Below, in pieces: positions 22,406 to 32,591 of a DNA stretch of 64,000 nucleotides. This DNA comes from Eubacteriales bacterium (lineage in GTDB: Bacteria; Bacillota; Clostridia; Oscillospirales; CAG-272), in NCBI GenBank assembly GCA_045587025.1, contig JAZNBK010000041.1:40037-104036 (forward strand), in the 5' to 3' direction. The notes beneath the pieces are model-generated. The model was not told the origin of the DNA. It saw only the letters and a list, made by a program, of their open reading frames with translations, and did no database searches. The position numbers and the translations under genes are program-made. Within the stretch, counting starts at the first letter, position 1; every line of letters starts with the position of its first letter.

Positions 22406-23434
22406 TTACCTCCTTCCGATTGCCGCATTCTTAATATATTCACGAGAAATATTCACTGTACCCGTCGCTATTTTTTGGGGCAGATATTCGAGCATTTTTG
22501 AAAGACCAATAGCCGTTACTCCGAGCGGGTTTTTAAGCAGCACCGCCTTTACGCCGGTCACTCCGCCTATCATCTTGTCAAGTCCGTCGAGGGTGCTTCC
22601 CCCTCCGCACAGCAAAATACCCTTATTAAAAACGTCGTTAACACAGTCAGAAGGAATTTTAGTAATCGCCTTGCAAATCGCTTCAAGGATAGCAGAGGTG
22701 GGCTCTTCAAGGGCGACGAACATCTCGTCCGAGGAAATTCTGATAGTGCGAATGCCGCCTGAACTATCCTTTCCCTTTATATCCAAAAACTTTCTGTCAC
22801 TGCTCATCCAAACAGTTCCCACACCCGTTTTAATCGCCTCGGCAGTACGCATACTGATTTTTACGCCGTATTTTTCATTTATGTAATTCGCAATAGCAAG
22901 GTCAAACTGATTTCCCGCCACGTTGATAGTAGTTTTGTAAAAAATCCGTCCCCTGCAAATCAGCATTATATCCGTATGTGACGCGCCTATATTGACAGCG
23001 AGCGACGAAGTTCCGAGCGATATTCCGCTCCCGACCAACGAAGCGATAGGAGAATAAGCAAGGTAAGCTTCAGACGCTCCCGCCTGAACGCACAATTCAT
23101 AGAGCGCGCTCTCCTCAACCTCGCTGAAATTACAAGGAATACTCACAAGCAAACGAAGCTTTTCCGCCTGCGCTCCCGAGTTCCGAATACATCTGGATAT
23201 CATTTTTTGAGTATATTCTCTCGTAATTATACTATCCTTCAGAGGTCTTAGCATTTTAACGTTGCTTGTCCTGTTACGTGTAAGAAGATTTTCCGCATCG
23301 CTGCCAAGCGCCAACAAAGCGCCGTTAGAATAATCCACCGCTGCAACTGCAGCTTCGCCAAAAATTATTCCGACGCTCGGCTTGCTTACAACAATAGAAG
23401 CACTCCCTAAATCAATTCCTAATTCCGACTGCAT
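22406..23434 (-). CDS. mreB: MreB/Mbl-like actin-fold rod-shape protein
   Basis: 342 aa. GIDLGSASIVV phosphate-1 motif, LLCGGGSTLDGLDKMI adenosine motif, overall MreB length. No mreC/mreD adjacent. Confidence 0.8.
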   Translation of the reverse strand: MQSELGIDLGSASIVVSKPSVGIIFGEAAVAAVDYSNGALLALGSDAENLLTRNRTSNVKMLRPLKDSIITREYTQKMISRCIRNSGAQAEKLRLLVSIPCNFSEVEESALYELCVQAGASEAYLAYSPIASLVGSGISLGTSSLAVNIGASHTDIMLICRGRIFYKTTINVAGNQFDLAIANYINEKYGVKISMRTAEAIKTGVGTVWMSSDRKFLDIKGKDSSGGIRTIRISSDEMFVALEEPTSAILEAICKAITKIPSDCVNDVFNKGILLCGGGSTLDGLDKMIGGVTGVKAVLLKNPLGVTAIGLSKMLEYLPQKIATGTVNISREYIKNAAIGRR

Positions 23435-23571
23435 TTCATGCTCTCCTGATTTTTACGTTTTAGACAAAACAAAGAAGCCAAAAATCTTGCACAAGCAAGA
23501 CACTATCATTATACAATAACTTTTTTAGAATTGCAATACTTTTTTTATAGCCCTTTAAATCTTGCCTGTTT

Positions 23572-25800
23572 TTAAGAATAAATCTCTCTTATTAACCGTT
23601 CCTTTAACATTGTGTAGCGCATTATTTGCCTGTTATTATTGACCATTATTTCCATAACGTCCGAACGTCCTACCAAAACAACCATCTGCTTGGCACGTGT
23701 TACTGCCGTATAGATGAGATTTCTCGTCATCAGCAAGGGGGAGCAGGAATAAAGAGGTATAATGACGACGGGATATTCACTTCCCTGACTTTTATGTACC
23801 GTTATCGCATACGCATGCTCAAGCTCGTCCAAAAGCGAGAAATCACACTTCGCAATGCGATCGTCATAGGAAACATACACCACTTGTTCCTTTTTGTCGA
23901 TTTTTTCGATTACGCCTATATCTCCGTTGAAAACCCCGTTTCCGACATAACCGTCTCTTTCCCATTCAACGTCATAATTGTTTTTAATCTGCATAACGCG
24001 GTCACCAACCCGAAAGACCGTGTTTCCAGACCTTATCTCAGAAGCGCCTTCTCTTGCGGGGTTGAGCTTTTCTCGCAAAATCTGATTTAAAATTTCGGTT
24101 CCCGAGCTGCCTTTTTTTGATGGGGTAATGACCTGAATTTTATCGACGATATCTCTGCCATAGGTTTTAGGTAATCGCTCCGTTATTAATCTTGAAACCG
24201 TCGAAGCGATATTTTCTTCCGCTCGGGCAATATGGAAGAAATCTCCTGTTTTTTTATCCATCACAGGCATTTTTCCGTGATTTATACTATGAGCGTTCAC
24301 TACGATAAGACTGTCCTCGGATTGTCTGAAAATTTCATTCAGACATATCGTATTAAATTGGTCCGAGGCGATTATATCGTTTAACACGTTTCCGCACCCT
24401 ACGGAGGGTAGCTGGTCGGCGTCTCCTATCAAGATAACCCTCGCGCCGTTCTTTACAGCGCAAAGCAGGGCTTCCATAAGTGTCAAATCTACCATTGACG
24501 CCTCGTCAACTATTATCACGTCCTCTTCCAAAAGATTTTTTTGGTTTCTGTTAAACCTCGGAACAGGTCCGCTGTTTCTCTCCATTTCCAACATTCTATG
24601 TATCGTTTTTGCCTCCTCGCTCGTCGCTTCTGACATACGCTTTGCGGCTCGTCCCGTGGGGGCTGACAAGGCGACCTTCATACCGAGCGATTTGAATATG
24701 CTCATGAGCGCTTTTATTACCGTGGTTTTTCCTGTTCCGGGGCCTCCCGTAATTACCGTGACGCCCGAGCGCAAAACCTCAGAAATGGCTTTTTTCTGCA
24801 TTTTCGCATATTTTATTCCGAATTGACTCTCTATTTTATCTATAAAAAGCTCGATATCGCTATGCTCAAATATTGCGCAAAATCTATCGAGCGCAACGAG
24901 CTTTTTGGCTACGAAGCTCTCTGCCTCTGCAAAGCGCTTCGAAAAAATATATTCGACGTCATCCTTCTGATATTCTACGACGACTCCATCTTCCAAAGCG
25001 TCTCTGAGCGCATCTGAAATTTTATCGTCGTCTATCTGCAAGCGGCTCGCGGCGACGGAAATCAGCTTGTCCTTCGGAACACAGGAATGTCCGCTAGTTG
25101 CGGCGCTATACTCTAAAACGTATACAAGACCTCGCTCAAGGCGCTTTGGAAATTCCTTTTTAATTCCGAGCGACATTGCGAACTCGTCCGCCTGCTCGAA
25201 GCTGATTCCGAAATTTCCGTCGCATAATTTATAAGGATTTTCCTTTATTATCCCTACTGCCCCTGCGCCCCATTTCAGATAAATCTTGCCTATCGAATTT
25301 GTACTGAGATGTCCGCTACAGAACATCATCATATTTCTGATGCCTGCCTGCTCGGCGAACGAGATGGCTATATCTGCCGCCTTTTTCTTTGAAATCCCCG
25401 GTATTTCCGCCAACCACTCGGGGTGGTTTTCCAAAACGTCAAAGGTGTCTACGCCATATATTGATACTATTTTTTTCGCAGTTACAGGCCCTATACCCTT
25501 TACGTTCCCCGCAGACAGATAAGCGAGCATAGAGTTCACGTCGGTAGGCAGCAGCTTCTCAAAGCCAACAATTTCAAATTGCCGACCGTATTCGTTGTGC
25601 ATATTCCATTTTCCATACAATTTCACCTGCTCGCCGACACAAATATAAGGCATTTCTCCGACGGCGGTAATATACTCTTTTTCAGAAATTGAAACGACAA
25701 TGACTGTATAATCAGTTGTGGGACTGTGATATATTATTTCCTCCACAGTCCCGCTGATCTCTTCTTCAATTCCGTTATTATTTATATTCCTTGTTTCCAA
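23572..25800 (-). CDS. recD2: RecD2-type SF1B ATP-dependent DNA helicase
   Basis: 742 aa. Walker A GGPGTGKTT, VIIVDEASMV, LIGDADQLPSVG, AITVHKSQGSEYP. N-terminal OB/HhH-like region. Confidence 0.9.
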   Translation of the reverse strand: METRNINNNGIEEEISGTVEEIIYHSPTTDYTVIVVSISEKEYITAVGEMPYICVGEQVKLYGKWNMHNEYGRQFEIVGFEKLLPTDVNSMLAYLSAGNVKGIGPVTAKKIVSIYGVDTFDVLENHPEWLAEIPGISKKKAADIAISFAEQAGIRNMMMFCSGHLSTNSIGKIYLKWGAGAVGIIKENPYKLCDGNFGISFEQADEFAMSLGIKKEFPKRLERGLVYVLEYSAATSGHSCVPKDKLISVAASRLQIDDDKISDALRDALEDGVVVEYQKDDVEYIFSKRFAEAESFVAKKLVALDRFCAIFEHSDIELFIDKIESQFGIKYAKMQKKAISEVLRSGVTVITGGPGTGKTTVIKALMSIFKSLGMKVALSAPTGRAAKRMSEATSEEAKTIHRMLEMERNSGPVPRFNRNQKNLLEEDVIIVDEASMVDLTLMEALLCAVKNGARVILIGDADQLPSVGCGNVLNDIIASDQFNTICLNEIFRQSEDSLIVVNAHSINHGKMPVMDKKTGDFFHIARAEENIASTVSRLITERLPKTYGRDIVDKIQVITPSKKGSSGTEILNQILREKLNPAREGASEIRSGNTVFRVGDRVMQIKNNYDVEWERDGYVGNGVFNGDIGVIEKIDKKEQVVYVSYDDRIAKCDFSLLDELEHAYAITVHKSQGSEYPVVIIPLYSCSPLLMTRNLIYTAVTRAKQMVVLVGRSDVMEIMVNNNRQIMRYTMLKERLIREIYS

Positions 25801-25807
25801 ATTTCCC

Positions 25808-26128
25808 TCAATTTACGTTTTTGTAAAGATTATGATTAAAATAAATGTCTACGCCTAACCGTTTATACTCCTCTATTTCAGATCGGGAGATATTAACGTC
25901 GCTCAACAGCACGGGCGGCTGCTCAAATACGCTCTTTTTTTCGGTCAAAAGCTGAGCGCTCTTCACGGCGCAAAAAAGCTCGTAGACATCCTGATTTGGC
26001 TCTATATGAACACCGACCGACATCTTGTTGCGATTTACGAAGAAGCCCGCAATTGAACGCAAAATACAATACAAGCCCCACACCGCCAAAACACAAACAA
26101 AAATCTCTGCTAATTCCGCTACGGTCAT
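25808..26128 (-). CDS. Hypothetical membrane-anchored protein
   Basis: The track ORF starts at 26170. ATG 26128 has GGAGGG 7 nt upstream and gives MTVAELAEIFVCVLAVWGLYCIL (an N-terminal TM). 106 aa, with no family I recognise. Confidence 0.5.
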   Translation of the reverse strand: MTVAELAEIFVCVLAVWGLYCILRSIAGFFVNRNKMSVGVHIEPNQDVYELFCAVKSAQLLTEKKSVFEQPPVLLSDVNISRSEIEEYKRLGVDIYFNHNLYKNVN

Positions 26129-26210
26129 AAAAACGCCCTCCGAAATATAAAAGTTGTATCTCTTATACATAATATGCGAAGGAAACGCTTTTGGTGTTTT
26201 TGCTTCTACA

Positions 26211-27389
26211 TTATTTCAACTGTGAAAGCTTTTCTGCAAGGTCGGTCTTTTCCCAAGGAGCGTCGAGGTCCTCTCTGCCCATATGACCGTACGCCGCAAA
26301 GTTCTTGTAAATGGGGCGACGGAGGTCAAATTTCTTTATTATAGCGGCAGGTCGAAGGTCGACAAGCTCTGAAATTGCATCTGAAATTTTTTCTTCATCT
26401 ATCTTTGCCGTGCCGAAGGCGTCAATCATAACGGAAACCGGCTTTGCAACGCCTATTGCGTACGCAATTTGAACCTCGCACTTATCTGCAAGTCCTGACG
26501 CTACTATGTTTTTCGCAATATATCGAGCGGCATAGGATGCAGAACGGTCAACCTTTGTCGGATCCTTTCCCGAGAACGCTCCGCCGCCGTGTCTTGAATA
26601 GCCACCGTATGTATCGACTATAATTTTTCTTCCCGTAAGTCCCGTATCACCCTGAGGTCCGCCTACGACGAAGCGTCCCGTAGGATTTACGAATATTTTT
26701 ATATTTCCGTCGTTAAGATTTTTCGGAATTATCGGCTCGATTACCTCTTTTATAATATCGGCGCGAATCTGCTCGATAGATACGTCGGGATCGTGCTGTG
26801 ATGAAACGACGACCGTATCTACTCTCGTCGGATTTTCGTCGATATATTCAACCGTCACCTGCGTTTTTCCGTCGGGGCGAAGATATGCAAGCGTGCCGTT
26901 TTTACGAACCTCGGTCAAGCGCTTTGCAAGCTTATGTGAAAGTGAAATCGGCAGCGGCATAAGCTCGGGCGTTTCGTTGCAGGCATATCCAAACATAAGC
27001 CCCTGGTCGCCTGCGCCTGTATCAAGCTCGTCCTGCATATCACCTGATTTCGCCTCCGCGCATTTGTCAACTCCCATAGCAATATCGGGGGACTGCTCGT
27101 GAATCGAGGTGAGAACGGCGCAGGTATCGCAGTCAAACCCGAATTTTGCTCTGTCATATCCGATTTCTCTCACAGTTTCTCTCACGATATTTTGAATATC
27201 TACGCTTGCGGTCGTGGTTATTTCTCCCATAACGTTTATAATACCCGTAGTTGCAAAGGTCTCGCACGCAACTCGTGAATTAGGGTCCTTTTCTAACAAA
27301 GCGTCCAAAATCGCATCTGAAATTTTATCGCAAATTTTATCGGGATGTCCTTCTGTTACCGACTCTGACGTGAACAGTTTTTTCTTCAT
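26211..27389 (-). CDS. metK: S-adenosylmethionine synthetase
   Basis: The track ORF (to 27440) reads through the riboswitch terminator. ATG 27389 with RBS AAGGAG gives [25 protein letters not shown]. Motifs GAGDQG and [16 protein letters not shown]. Confidence 0.98.
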   Translation of the reverse strand: MKKKLFTSESVTEGHPDKICDKISDAILDALLEKDPNSRVACETFATTGIINVMGEITTTASVDIQNIVRETVREIGYDRAKFGFDCDTCAVLTSIHEQSPDIAMGVDKCAEAKSGDMQDELDTGAGDQGLMFGYACNETPELMPLPISLSHKLAKRLTEVRKNGTLAYLRPDGKTQVTVEYIDENPTRVDTVVVSSQHDPDVSIEQIRADIIKEVIEPIIPKNLNDGNIKIFVNPTGRFVVGGPQGDTGLTGRKIIVDTYGGYSRHGGGAFSGKDPTKVDRSASYAARYIAKNIVASGLADKCEVQIAYAIGVAKPVSVMIDAFGTAKIDEEKISDAISELVDLRPAAIIKKFDLRRPIYKNFAAYGHMGREDLDAPWEKTDLAEKLSQLK

Positions 27390-27417
27390 TTTTATATCTC
27401 CTTGTGTTTTAATCGAT

Positions 27418-27540
27418 AAAAAATGCCTCGGAGATGTCAAGTCCGAGGCAATAAGACTCTCATCTAACAGGATTTAGCACCTTGCAAAAACAGGTTGCCG
27501 GGCTTCATAGGGCCAGTCCCTCCGCCACTCTTGATAAGAA
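27418..27540 (-). promoter_or_regulatory. SAM-I (S-box) riboswitch with terminator
   Basis: The minus strand reads TTCTTATCAAGAGTGGCGGAGGGACTGGCCCTATGAAGCCCGGCAACCTGTTTTTGCAAGGTGCTAAATCCTGTTAGATGAGAG (27540 down to about 27455). This is followed by the terminator tgcctcgga/tccgaggca (27424-27450) and a T-run (A-run 27418-27423 on +). Confidence 0.93.
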
Positions 27541-27622
27541 AATATTTACTTACAATTATATATAACACATTTTATCACTTTTTTCAAGTGTTTTTTTCTT
27601 TTTTTGCACTTTTATCGAAAAA

Positions 27623-28270
27623 TTATGCGTTTTTCAATTCTTCAATTGCCTTTTTTCTATCAAAAGCGCCAAAAACCGCAGAGCCGGCGACGACGATATC
27701 TACGCCCGTTTTTGCCACCTCGCTTATATTCTTTGCGCCAACGCCTCCGTCGACCTCTAATAATACGTCAAGCCCTCTGCGCTGCGCTTCTCGCTTGACA
27801 AGTTGTATTTTAGAAAGAGTTTCAGGAATAAGCGACTGTCCTCCAAATCCCGGTTCTACACTCATAATTAAAACCAAGTCGCATTTTTCAAGATAAGGAA
27901 AAATCTCCTCTGCCTTCGTTTTCGGTTTTATGGAAAGTCCTGCCTTGCAGTTGTTTTTCCGTATCTCGTCAAGGGTGGCAGAAACGTCCTTGCACGCCTC
28001 GTAATGAACTGTTATTATATCCGCTCCCGCCTTTGCAAATTCGCCTATGTATCTTATCGGCTCCTCTATCATCAGGTGTACGTCGAATTTTATGTCAGTC
28101 GCTCCTCTGAGCGAAGCTATGACAGGCACGCCAAAGCTTATATTAGGAACAAATATTCCGTCCATAACGTCTAAATGGATATATTCTGCTCCTGCCTTTT
28201 CTACCTCTCTTACTTCCTCGCCCAATTTAGCGAAATCGCAGGCAAGTGCTGATGGCGATATCTGTATCAT
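27623..28270 (-). CDS. rpe: Ribulose-phosphate 3-epimerase
   Basis: 215 aa. IHLDVMDG, MSVEPGFGGQ, EVDGG. Confidence 0.95.
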   Translation of the reverse strand: MIQISPSALACDFAKLGEEVREVEKAGAEYIHLDVMDGIFVPNISFGVPVIASLRGATDIKFDVHLMIEEPIRYIGEFAKAGADIITVHYEACKDVSATLDEIRKNNCKAGLSIKPKTKAEEIFPYLEKCDLVLIMSVEPGFGGQSLIPETLSKIQLVKREAQRRGLDVLLEVDGGVGAKNISEVAKTGVDIVVAGSAVFGAFDRKKAIEELKNA

Positions 28271-28426
28271 TTATACTCTCCTTAAAATAATAATTATCTG
28301 AAATGTTTTTGTGTCACACATAAGATTTTTCCATAAGATAATAATGCGGAAGAAAATCCGACGCTCGTATCTTACCACGGACATTCAAATAAAGGCAGTG
28401 AAAAGTCGAGATAAGAACGGGCATCT

Positions 28427-28467
28427 GAAAACTCATACCGTCCGTTGCTCTGAGCGACGGACGTATG
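28427..28467 (-). terminator. ispDF operon terminator
   Basis: cataccgtccgttgc (28434-28448) pairs with gcgacggacgtatg (28454-28467) with a 1-nt bulge. On the minus strand it is followed by agttttc (T4). Confidence 0.65.
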
Positions 28468-28480
28468 GGCGCTTATCGGT

Positions 28481-28963
28481 TCAATCCTTCAGATTTAAAA
28501 GACATACCGCATGAGCAGCTATTCCTTCTTCCGCTCCGCTAAAGCCGAGCCCCTCCTCCGTCGTCGCCTTAACGTTCACCGCATTTACATCACAACCAAA
28601 CGCGTTTGCAATATTTTCTCTCATTTCCTGTATATACGGCGCGAGCTTCGGCTTCTGCGCTATTATGGTACAGTCAATGTTTGCAACGTCTGCGCCCATT
28701 GATTTCATAATCTCGCTCACCCTTTCGGCGAGGAGGCGGCTCGATATCCCCAGATATTCTTTGCTGCTATCGGGGAAATGAATACCGATATCGCCCTGCC
28801 CTAAAGCGCCTAAAACCGAGTCCATTACAGCGTGCAAAAGAACATCGGCATCCGAATGTCCCAAAAGTCCGCAGGTATGCGGTATTTTAACGCCGCCTAT
28901 GACTAAATCTCTTTCCTTTACTAAACGATGAACGTCGTAGCCGTGACCAATTCTCATTTTCAT
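28481..28963 (-). CDS. ispF: 2-C-methyl-D-erythritol 2,4-cyclodiphosphate synthase
   Basis: 160 aa. [22 protein letters not shown]. Its start overlaps the ispD stop (ATGA at 28960-28963). Confidence 0.97.
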   Translation of the reverse strand: MKMRIGHGYDVHRLVKERDLVIGGVKIPHTCGLLGHSDADVLLHAVMDSVLGALGQGDIGIHFPDSSKEYLGISSRLLAERVSEIMKSMGADVANIDCTIIAQKPKLAPYIQEMRENIANAFGCDVNAVNVKATTEEGLGFSGAEEGIAAHAVCLLNLKD

Positions 28964-29769
28964 TTTGTTTTTTCTTTCTTTTTCGTTTTGCTTTTTACTG
29001 TTTTCGTGTTATCGGCTTCCGCCTTGCGCCTTTTTATTACGGTCTCAAAATACTCAAGGTCCTCTCTCGTAGTGAGCTTCATATTCTCATATCCTGTATC
29101 CACCATTTTAATTCTTTGTCCTATATTCTCTATTATCATGTTGTCGTCGGTAACCGTAATTCCTTTTTCCAAAGCAAGTTTTGATGCGGCTATATACAAG
29201 GGAAGATAAAACACCTGAGGTGTCTGCGCTATCCATAGCTCCTCCCTTTTTGGAGTATCTTCGATAAAGCCCTTTGAATTAACTCTTTTTATAGTGTCCT
29301 TCACTCTGCAGCCCGCAGAGGAAGCTCTGTATGCGTAAGCGCTCGCCACAACGTCCGCTATCTCCCCGGGTGTTATCAGGCATCTTGCGACGTCGTGTAT
29401 TGCTATATATTCCGTCTTTTTTGAAACGTTTTTTACACCGCGCAGAGCAGATTCGCTTCTGGTGGCGCCACCCTTGCATATTCCTTTTACCTTCTTTATG
29501 CCGTATTCCGACAAAAGAAGCTCTATATTTTCAATCTCATCCTCTCTGCACGCTAAGACGATTTCATCTATATATTTACAGCTCTCAAACGCCTTTAGCG
29601 TATGGATGATGACAGGAATGTCGCAAATTTTCATCATCTGCTTGGTCTTGTTATTTTCGCTTTTCATTCGGCTTCCGCTGCCGCCTGCCAAAAGCACCGC
29701 CGCAGTATAGGGACGCACTCGCCCTTTGAAGAACCGCACAATATTGGATAAATAGTAAGTAAAGCTCAT
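28960..29769 (-). CDS. ispD: 2-C-methyl-D-erythritol 4-phosphate cytidylyltransferase with Lys-rich C-terminal tail
   Basis: ATG 29769 (the track ORF starts at 29802, overlapping the upstream gene). [14 protein letters not shown]-loop-like motif. C-terminal extension [24 protein letters not shown]. Confidence 0.9.
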   Translation of the reverse strand: MSFTYYLSNIVRFFKGRVRPYTAAVLLAGGSGSRMKSENNKTKQMMKICDIPVIIHTLKAFESCKYIDEIVLACREDEIENIELLLSEYGIKKVKGICKGGATRSESALRGVKNVSKKTEYIAIHDVARCLITPGEIADVVASAYAYRASSAGCRVKDTIKRVNSKGFIEDTPKREELWIAQTPQVFYLPLYIAASKLALEKGITVTDDNMIIENIGQRIKMVDTGYENMKLTTREDLEYFETVIKRRKAEADNTKTVKSKTKKKEKTK

Positions 29770-29773
29770 ATTC

Positions 29774-30100
29774 TCACTTCCTGTGATAAACGTAGTACGC
29801 AATAATCTCTCTTTCTCTTCCGTCGACAGAGTTATACCCCGAAATGACCACTCCGTCCCCTGACATAAGAGTAGAAATTTGAAGCTCGTCGATATTCCCT
29901 CTGAAGATAATGTCAGAGGAAGAAAAAACGATTAATTCATTATTTCTTATGCTTAAATTTCCGCCTCTTCCGACCACGTCGTCATTACCGTCTCTGCGCT
30001 CTGTGACATACCTGATCAGTTGACCGTGTAATTCCTGCGCTTTCCTTCGGCGCTCTGACCTGCTTTGTAGGTCTTTTTTCTTTTTGAAAAGGTTAAACAT
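29774..30100 (-). CDS. Hypothetical protein (basic N-terminus, beta-rich C-terminal part)
   Basis: 108 aa. GGAGG lies 4 nt before ATG 30100. The stop is 4 nt before the ispD ATG, so the gene is probably co-transcribed. No family I recognise. Confidence 0.55.
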   Translation of the reverse strand: MFNLFKKKKDLQSRSERRRKAQELHGQLIRYVTERRDGNDDVVGRGGNLSIRNNELIVFSSSDIIFRGNIDELQISTLMSGDGVVISGYNSVDGREREIIAYYVYHRK

Positions 30101-30317
30101 AACGCCTCCGACGAACCGAATACTACAGCAAAAAAGGCAGATTTTTTCGGCTTCAATTTGCTTTCATTTTATTATAGCATGTTTATTAAAAAAAATAAAG
30201 TTCTTTTGAAAATTTTTATCTTTTTAGCCAATAAACACGCACTTTTTGTGCATTTTGACTATTTTTTTCGTCACTTTGCTATTTCTTTTGTTTTTTTTAT
30301 TTTTTTGTATTTTACTA

Positions 30318-30372
30318 TTGACATTTTAAATTAAAATGGTGTATAATAGCATTACAGTGGTGAAAAATGGTG
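30318..30372 (+). promoter_or_regulatory. Pmra promoter with three TGGTG direct repeats (candidate MraZ boxes)
   Basis: TTGACA (30318-30323), an 18-nt spacer, then TATAAT (30342-30347). TGGTG occurs at 30337-30341, 30358-30362 and 30368-30372 (spacings 21 and 10 nt), the last two each followed by an A5 run. Confidence 0.6.
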
Positions 30373-30429
30373 GAAAAATACATAAAATTACCACAAAAAA
30401 TCGTCAAAATCTCGAGAGGAGGAGTAAAA

Positions 30430-30867
30430 ATGGCTTTTGTCGGCACATATAAGCACTCGCTTGACGCTAAAAACAGAATTTTTATTCCTGCTAAGTTCAG
30501 AGAAAAGCTTGGCGATTCCTTTTATATTACAAGGAAGCTCACTACTAATTCTCTCGTTATCTATTCCGAAGAGGAGTGGGAAAAGAAAGCGGAAATAATC
30601 GATAGCATCGCCGACTCTGTTGGCGAGGACATCAAGGAGCTTTTCTACTCGGAAGCTATAGACCCCGTCCCTGATTCTCAAGGCAGAGTAACTCTCACCC
30701 CTGCTCTCGTTGAATACGCGAAAATTGATAAAAATATCGTAATCGCCGGATACGGCAGTTACATTCAAATATGGCCCGAGGAAGTTTGGGAAGAAAGACA
30801 AAAGGAAAAGCAAACGGAAGAAAGGATGAAGCACATTCAGGAAATTAACCTGCGCTTCAACCTATAA
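30430..30867 (+). CDS. mraZ: Transcriptional regulator MraZ
   Basis: The track ORF starts at 30367, inside the leader. ATG 30430 with RBS GAGAGGAGGAG gives MAFVGTYKHSLDAKNRIFIPAKFR. 145 aa with two DxxxR-type half-domains. Confidence 0.95.
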   Translation: MAFVGTYKHSLDAKNRIFIPAKFREKLGDSFYITRKLTTNSLVIYSEEEWEKKAEIIDSIADSVGEDIKELFYSEAIDPVPDSQGRVTLTPALVEYAKIDKNIVIAGYGSYIQIWPEEVWEERQKEKQTEERMKHIQEINLRFNL

Positions 30868-30868
30868 T

Positions 30869-31810
30869 ATGCAAATATCTTTCAACCATAAATCAGTACT
30901 TCTCGACGAATGTATTACCTCCCTTAATATACGAGAAGGACTCACTTATGTTGACTGTACCACAGGCGGTGGCGGACATTCTCTTGAGATAGCAAAGCGT
31001 CTCGGTTCCGACGCAAAGCTCATTTGTTTTGACCGCGACAACACCGCCATTATGGCAGCAAAAGAACGACTTTCGGATTATCTGCCGAAAATCATATTCA
31101 TAAATGAGAATTTTTCCGAGCTTGGAAACGTTCTCGACGACCTTAAAATCGACAACTTGGGCGGCGTTCTCGCAGACCTTGGTTGCTCGTCCTATCAATT
31201 CGACACGCCCGAGAGAGGTTTTTCGTATAACCACGACGCGCCGCTCGATATGAGAATGGATAGGTCAAGCCCCTTAGATGCGTACAAGGTAGTAAACACC
31301 TATCCAAAGGAAGATTTAAAAAGGATAATTTACGAGTACGGAGAAGAGCGTTTCGCTTCATCTATTGCGGATAAAATAGTTAAAAACCGTGAGATTGAAG
31401 AAATAAAAACGACCCATCAGTTATCTGAAATTATAAAATCAGCCATACCGAAGGCGTCACGTTCAGACGGTCCTCATCCCGCAAAAAGAACATTTCAGGC
31501 GATAAGGATAGAGGTAAACGGAGAGCTCGACGCAATTGCGCCAACTATCGAAAATGCGCAAAGGCGAATGGTAAAGGGCGGCAGAATAGCAATAATTTCC
31601 TTTCATTCGTTAGAGGACAGAATTGTTAAGCAGGCCTACGCTAAGCTCGCAAGCGGATGTGAATGTCCGAAGGACTTCCCTATTTGTGTTTGCGGCAAAA
31701 AGCCGAAGCTTCAAATTCTTACGAAGAAACCCATTCTTCCCTCAGACGCTGAGCTGGAAGAAAACCCGCGCGCAAGGAGCGCAAAGCTACGCGTAGCAGA
31801 AAAGCTTTAA
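30869..31810 (+). CDS. rsmH: 16S rRNA (cytosine1402-N4)-methyltransferase
   Basis: 313 aa. HKSVLLDE, DCTTGGGGHS, SFHSLEDR. Confidence 0.97.
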   Translation: MQISFNHKSVLLDECITSLNIREGLTYVDCTTGGGGHSLEIAKRLGSDAKLICFDRDNTAIMAAKERLSDYLPKIIFINENFSELGNVLDDLKIDNLGGVLADLGCSSYQFDTPERGFSYNHDAPLDMRMDRSSPLDAYKVVNTYPKEDLKRIIYEYGEERFASSIADKIVKNREIEEIKTTHQLSEIIKSAIPKASRSDGPHPAKRTFQAIRIEVNGELDAIAPTIENAQRRMVKGGRIAIISFHSLEDRIVKQAYAKLASGCECPKDFPICVCGKKPKLQILTKKPILPSDAELEENPRARSAKLRVAEKL

Positions 31811-31841
31811 AAAGCTGATAATAAACAAGGAGGCGAAAGCA

Positions 31842-32504
31842 GTGACACGCACAATATTATTTACCACAAGAAGCGCTGAGGTAAATCCTTTATATACGAA
31901 GTTCCGCGATAAGTTCTCTTATCAAGGCACTACCGTAGGCGAATTTATGCGTAACAAGGCGAAGAATGACGGCCACTCGGAGCAACGTCAAAAAGCTTAT
32001 CAGAATATGCGTCGTGACACAACTGCGGAAAACAGGATTACGAAAGCAAATTCTCTTCCAAGAGAAAACGGCTTTGTCCCCCCCTCTGATTTTACGACCG
32101 TGCTTCCGAAGGTGAATATTAGGGAAAACGTCAAAGCACGCTCACGTATGCCTATCGGAACGATTATGATTATGTTCCTGTGCGCTATTATCCTTATGGC
32201 TCTCATTTATATTGGAATGAACGTAAACAATATGACGCACGAAATCGCTCTTATGAAAGCTCAGTCAGACGAGCTTAAGGTTGCTGAAAGAGCGCTTGTC
32301 TCCCGACTTGATGAGAAAAACGACCTGGAGCTTATCGAAGAGATTGCAACCGAGCAGCTCGGAATGGTAAGACGAAACTCTGTTGAACATAACTATCTTT
32401 CATTTGGAGATTCCGATTCCGCCTCAGTTTATAACAACGAGGACGAAAGCAATCCTATTTTTGCGGGATTGTTGAGCGCTTTTACCGCGGGCTTCAACAA
32501 ATAA
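31842..32504 (+). CDS. ftsL: FtsL-like cell-division protein (single TM plus coiled coil) with long N-terminal cytoplasmic region
   Basis: GTG 31842 is preceded by AAGGAGG. TM IMIMFLCAIILMALIYIGM is followed by the coiled coil EIALMKAQSDELKVAERALVSRL. Position between rsmH and the PBP gene. Confidence 0.7.
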   Translation: MTRTILFTTRSAEVNPLYTKFRDKFSYQGTTVGEFMRNKAKNDGHSEQRQKAYQNMRRDTTAENRITKANSLPRENGFVPPSDFTTVLPKVNIRENVKARSRMPIGTIMIMFLCAIILMALIYIGMNVNNMTHEIALMKAQSDELKVAERALVSRLDEKNDLELIEEIATEQLGMVRRNSVEHNYLSFGDSDSASVYNNEDESNPIFAGLLSAFTAGFNK

Positions 32505-32533
32505 GAATAAAATCCATAATTTTAAAATAAGAT

Positions 32534-32567
32534 ATAGCGATAGATTGCGGTAAACAACTATCGCTAT
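32534..32567 (+). other. Intra-operon hairpin between ftsL and PBP gene
   Basis: atagcgatag (32534-32543) pairs with ctatcgctat (32558-32567), followed by cctgtttattt. Possible attenuator or processing site. Confidence 0.4.
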
Positions 32568-32591
32568 CCTGTTTATTTGGGAGGAAAAAAC

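Noticed and set aside
27495-27896. 133-aa + strand ORF, together with the 17-codon N-terminal extension of the metK track ORF (27390-27440).
   Set aside because: They overlap the SAM-I riboswitch and its terminator, and are antisense to rpe. The MetK homology starts at ATG 27389, which has a good RBS.
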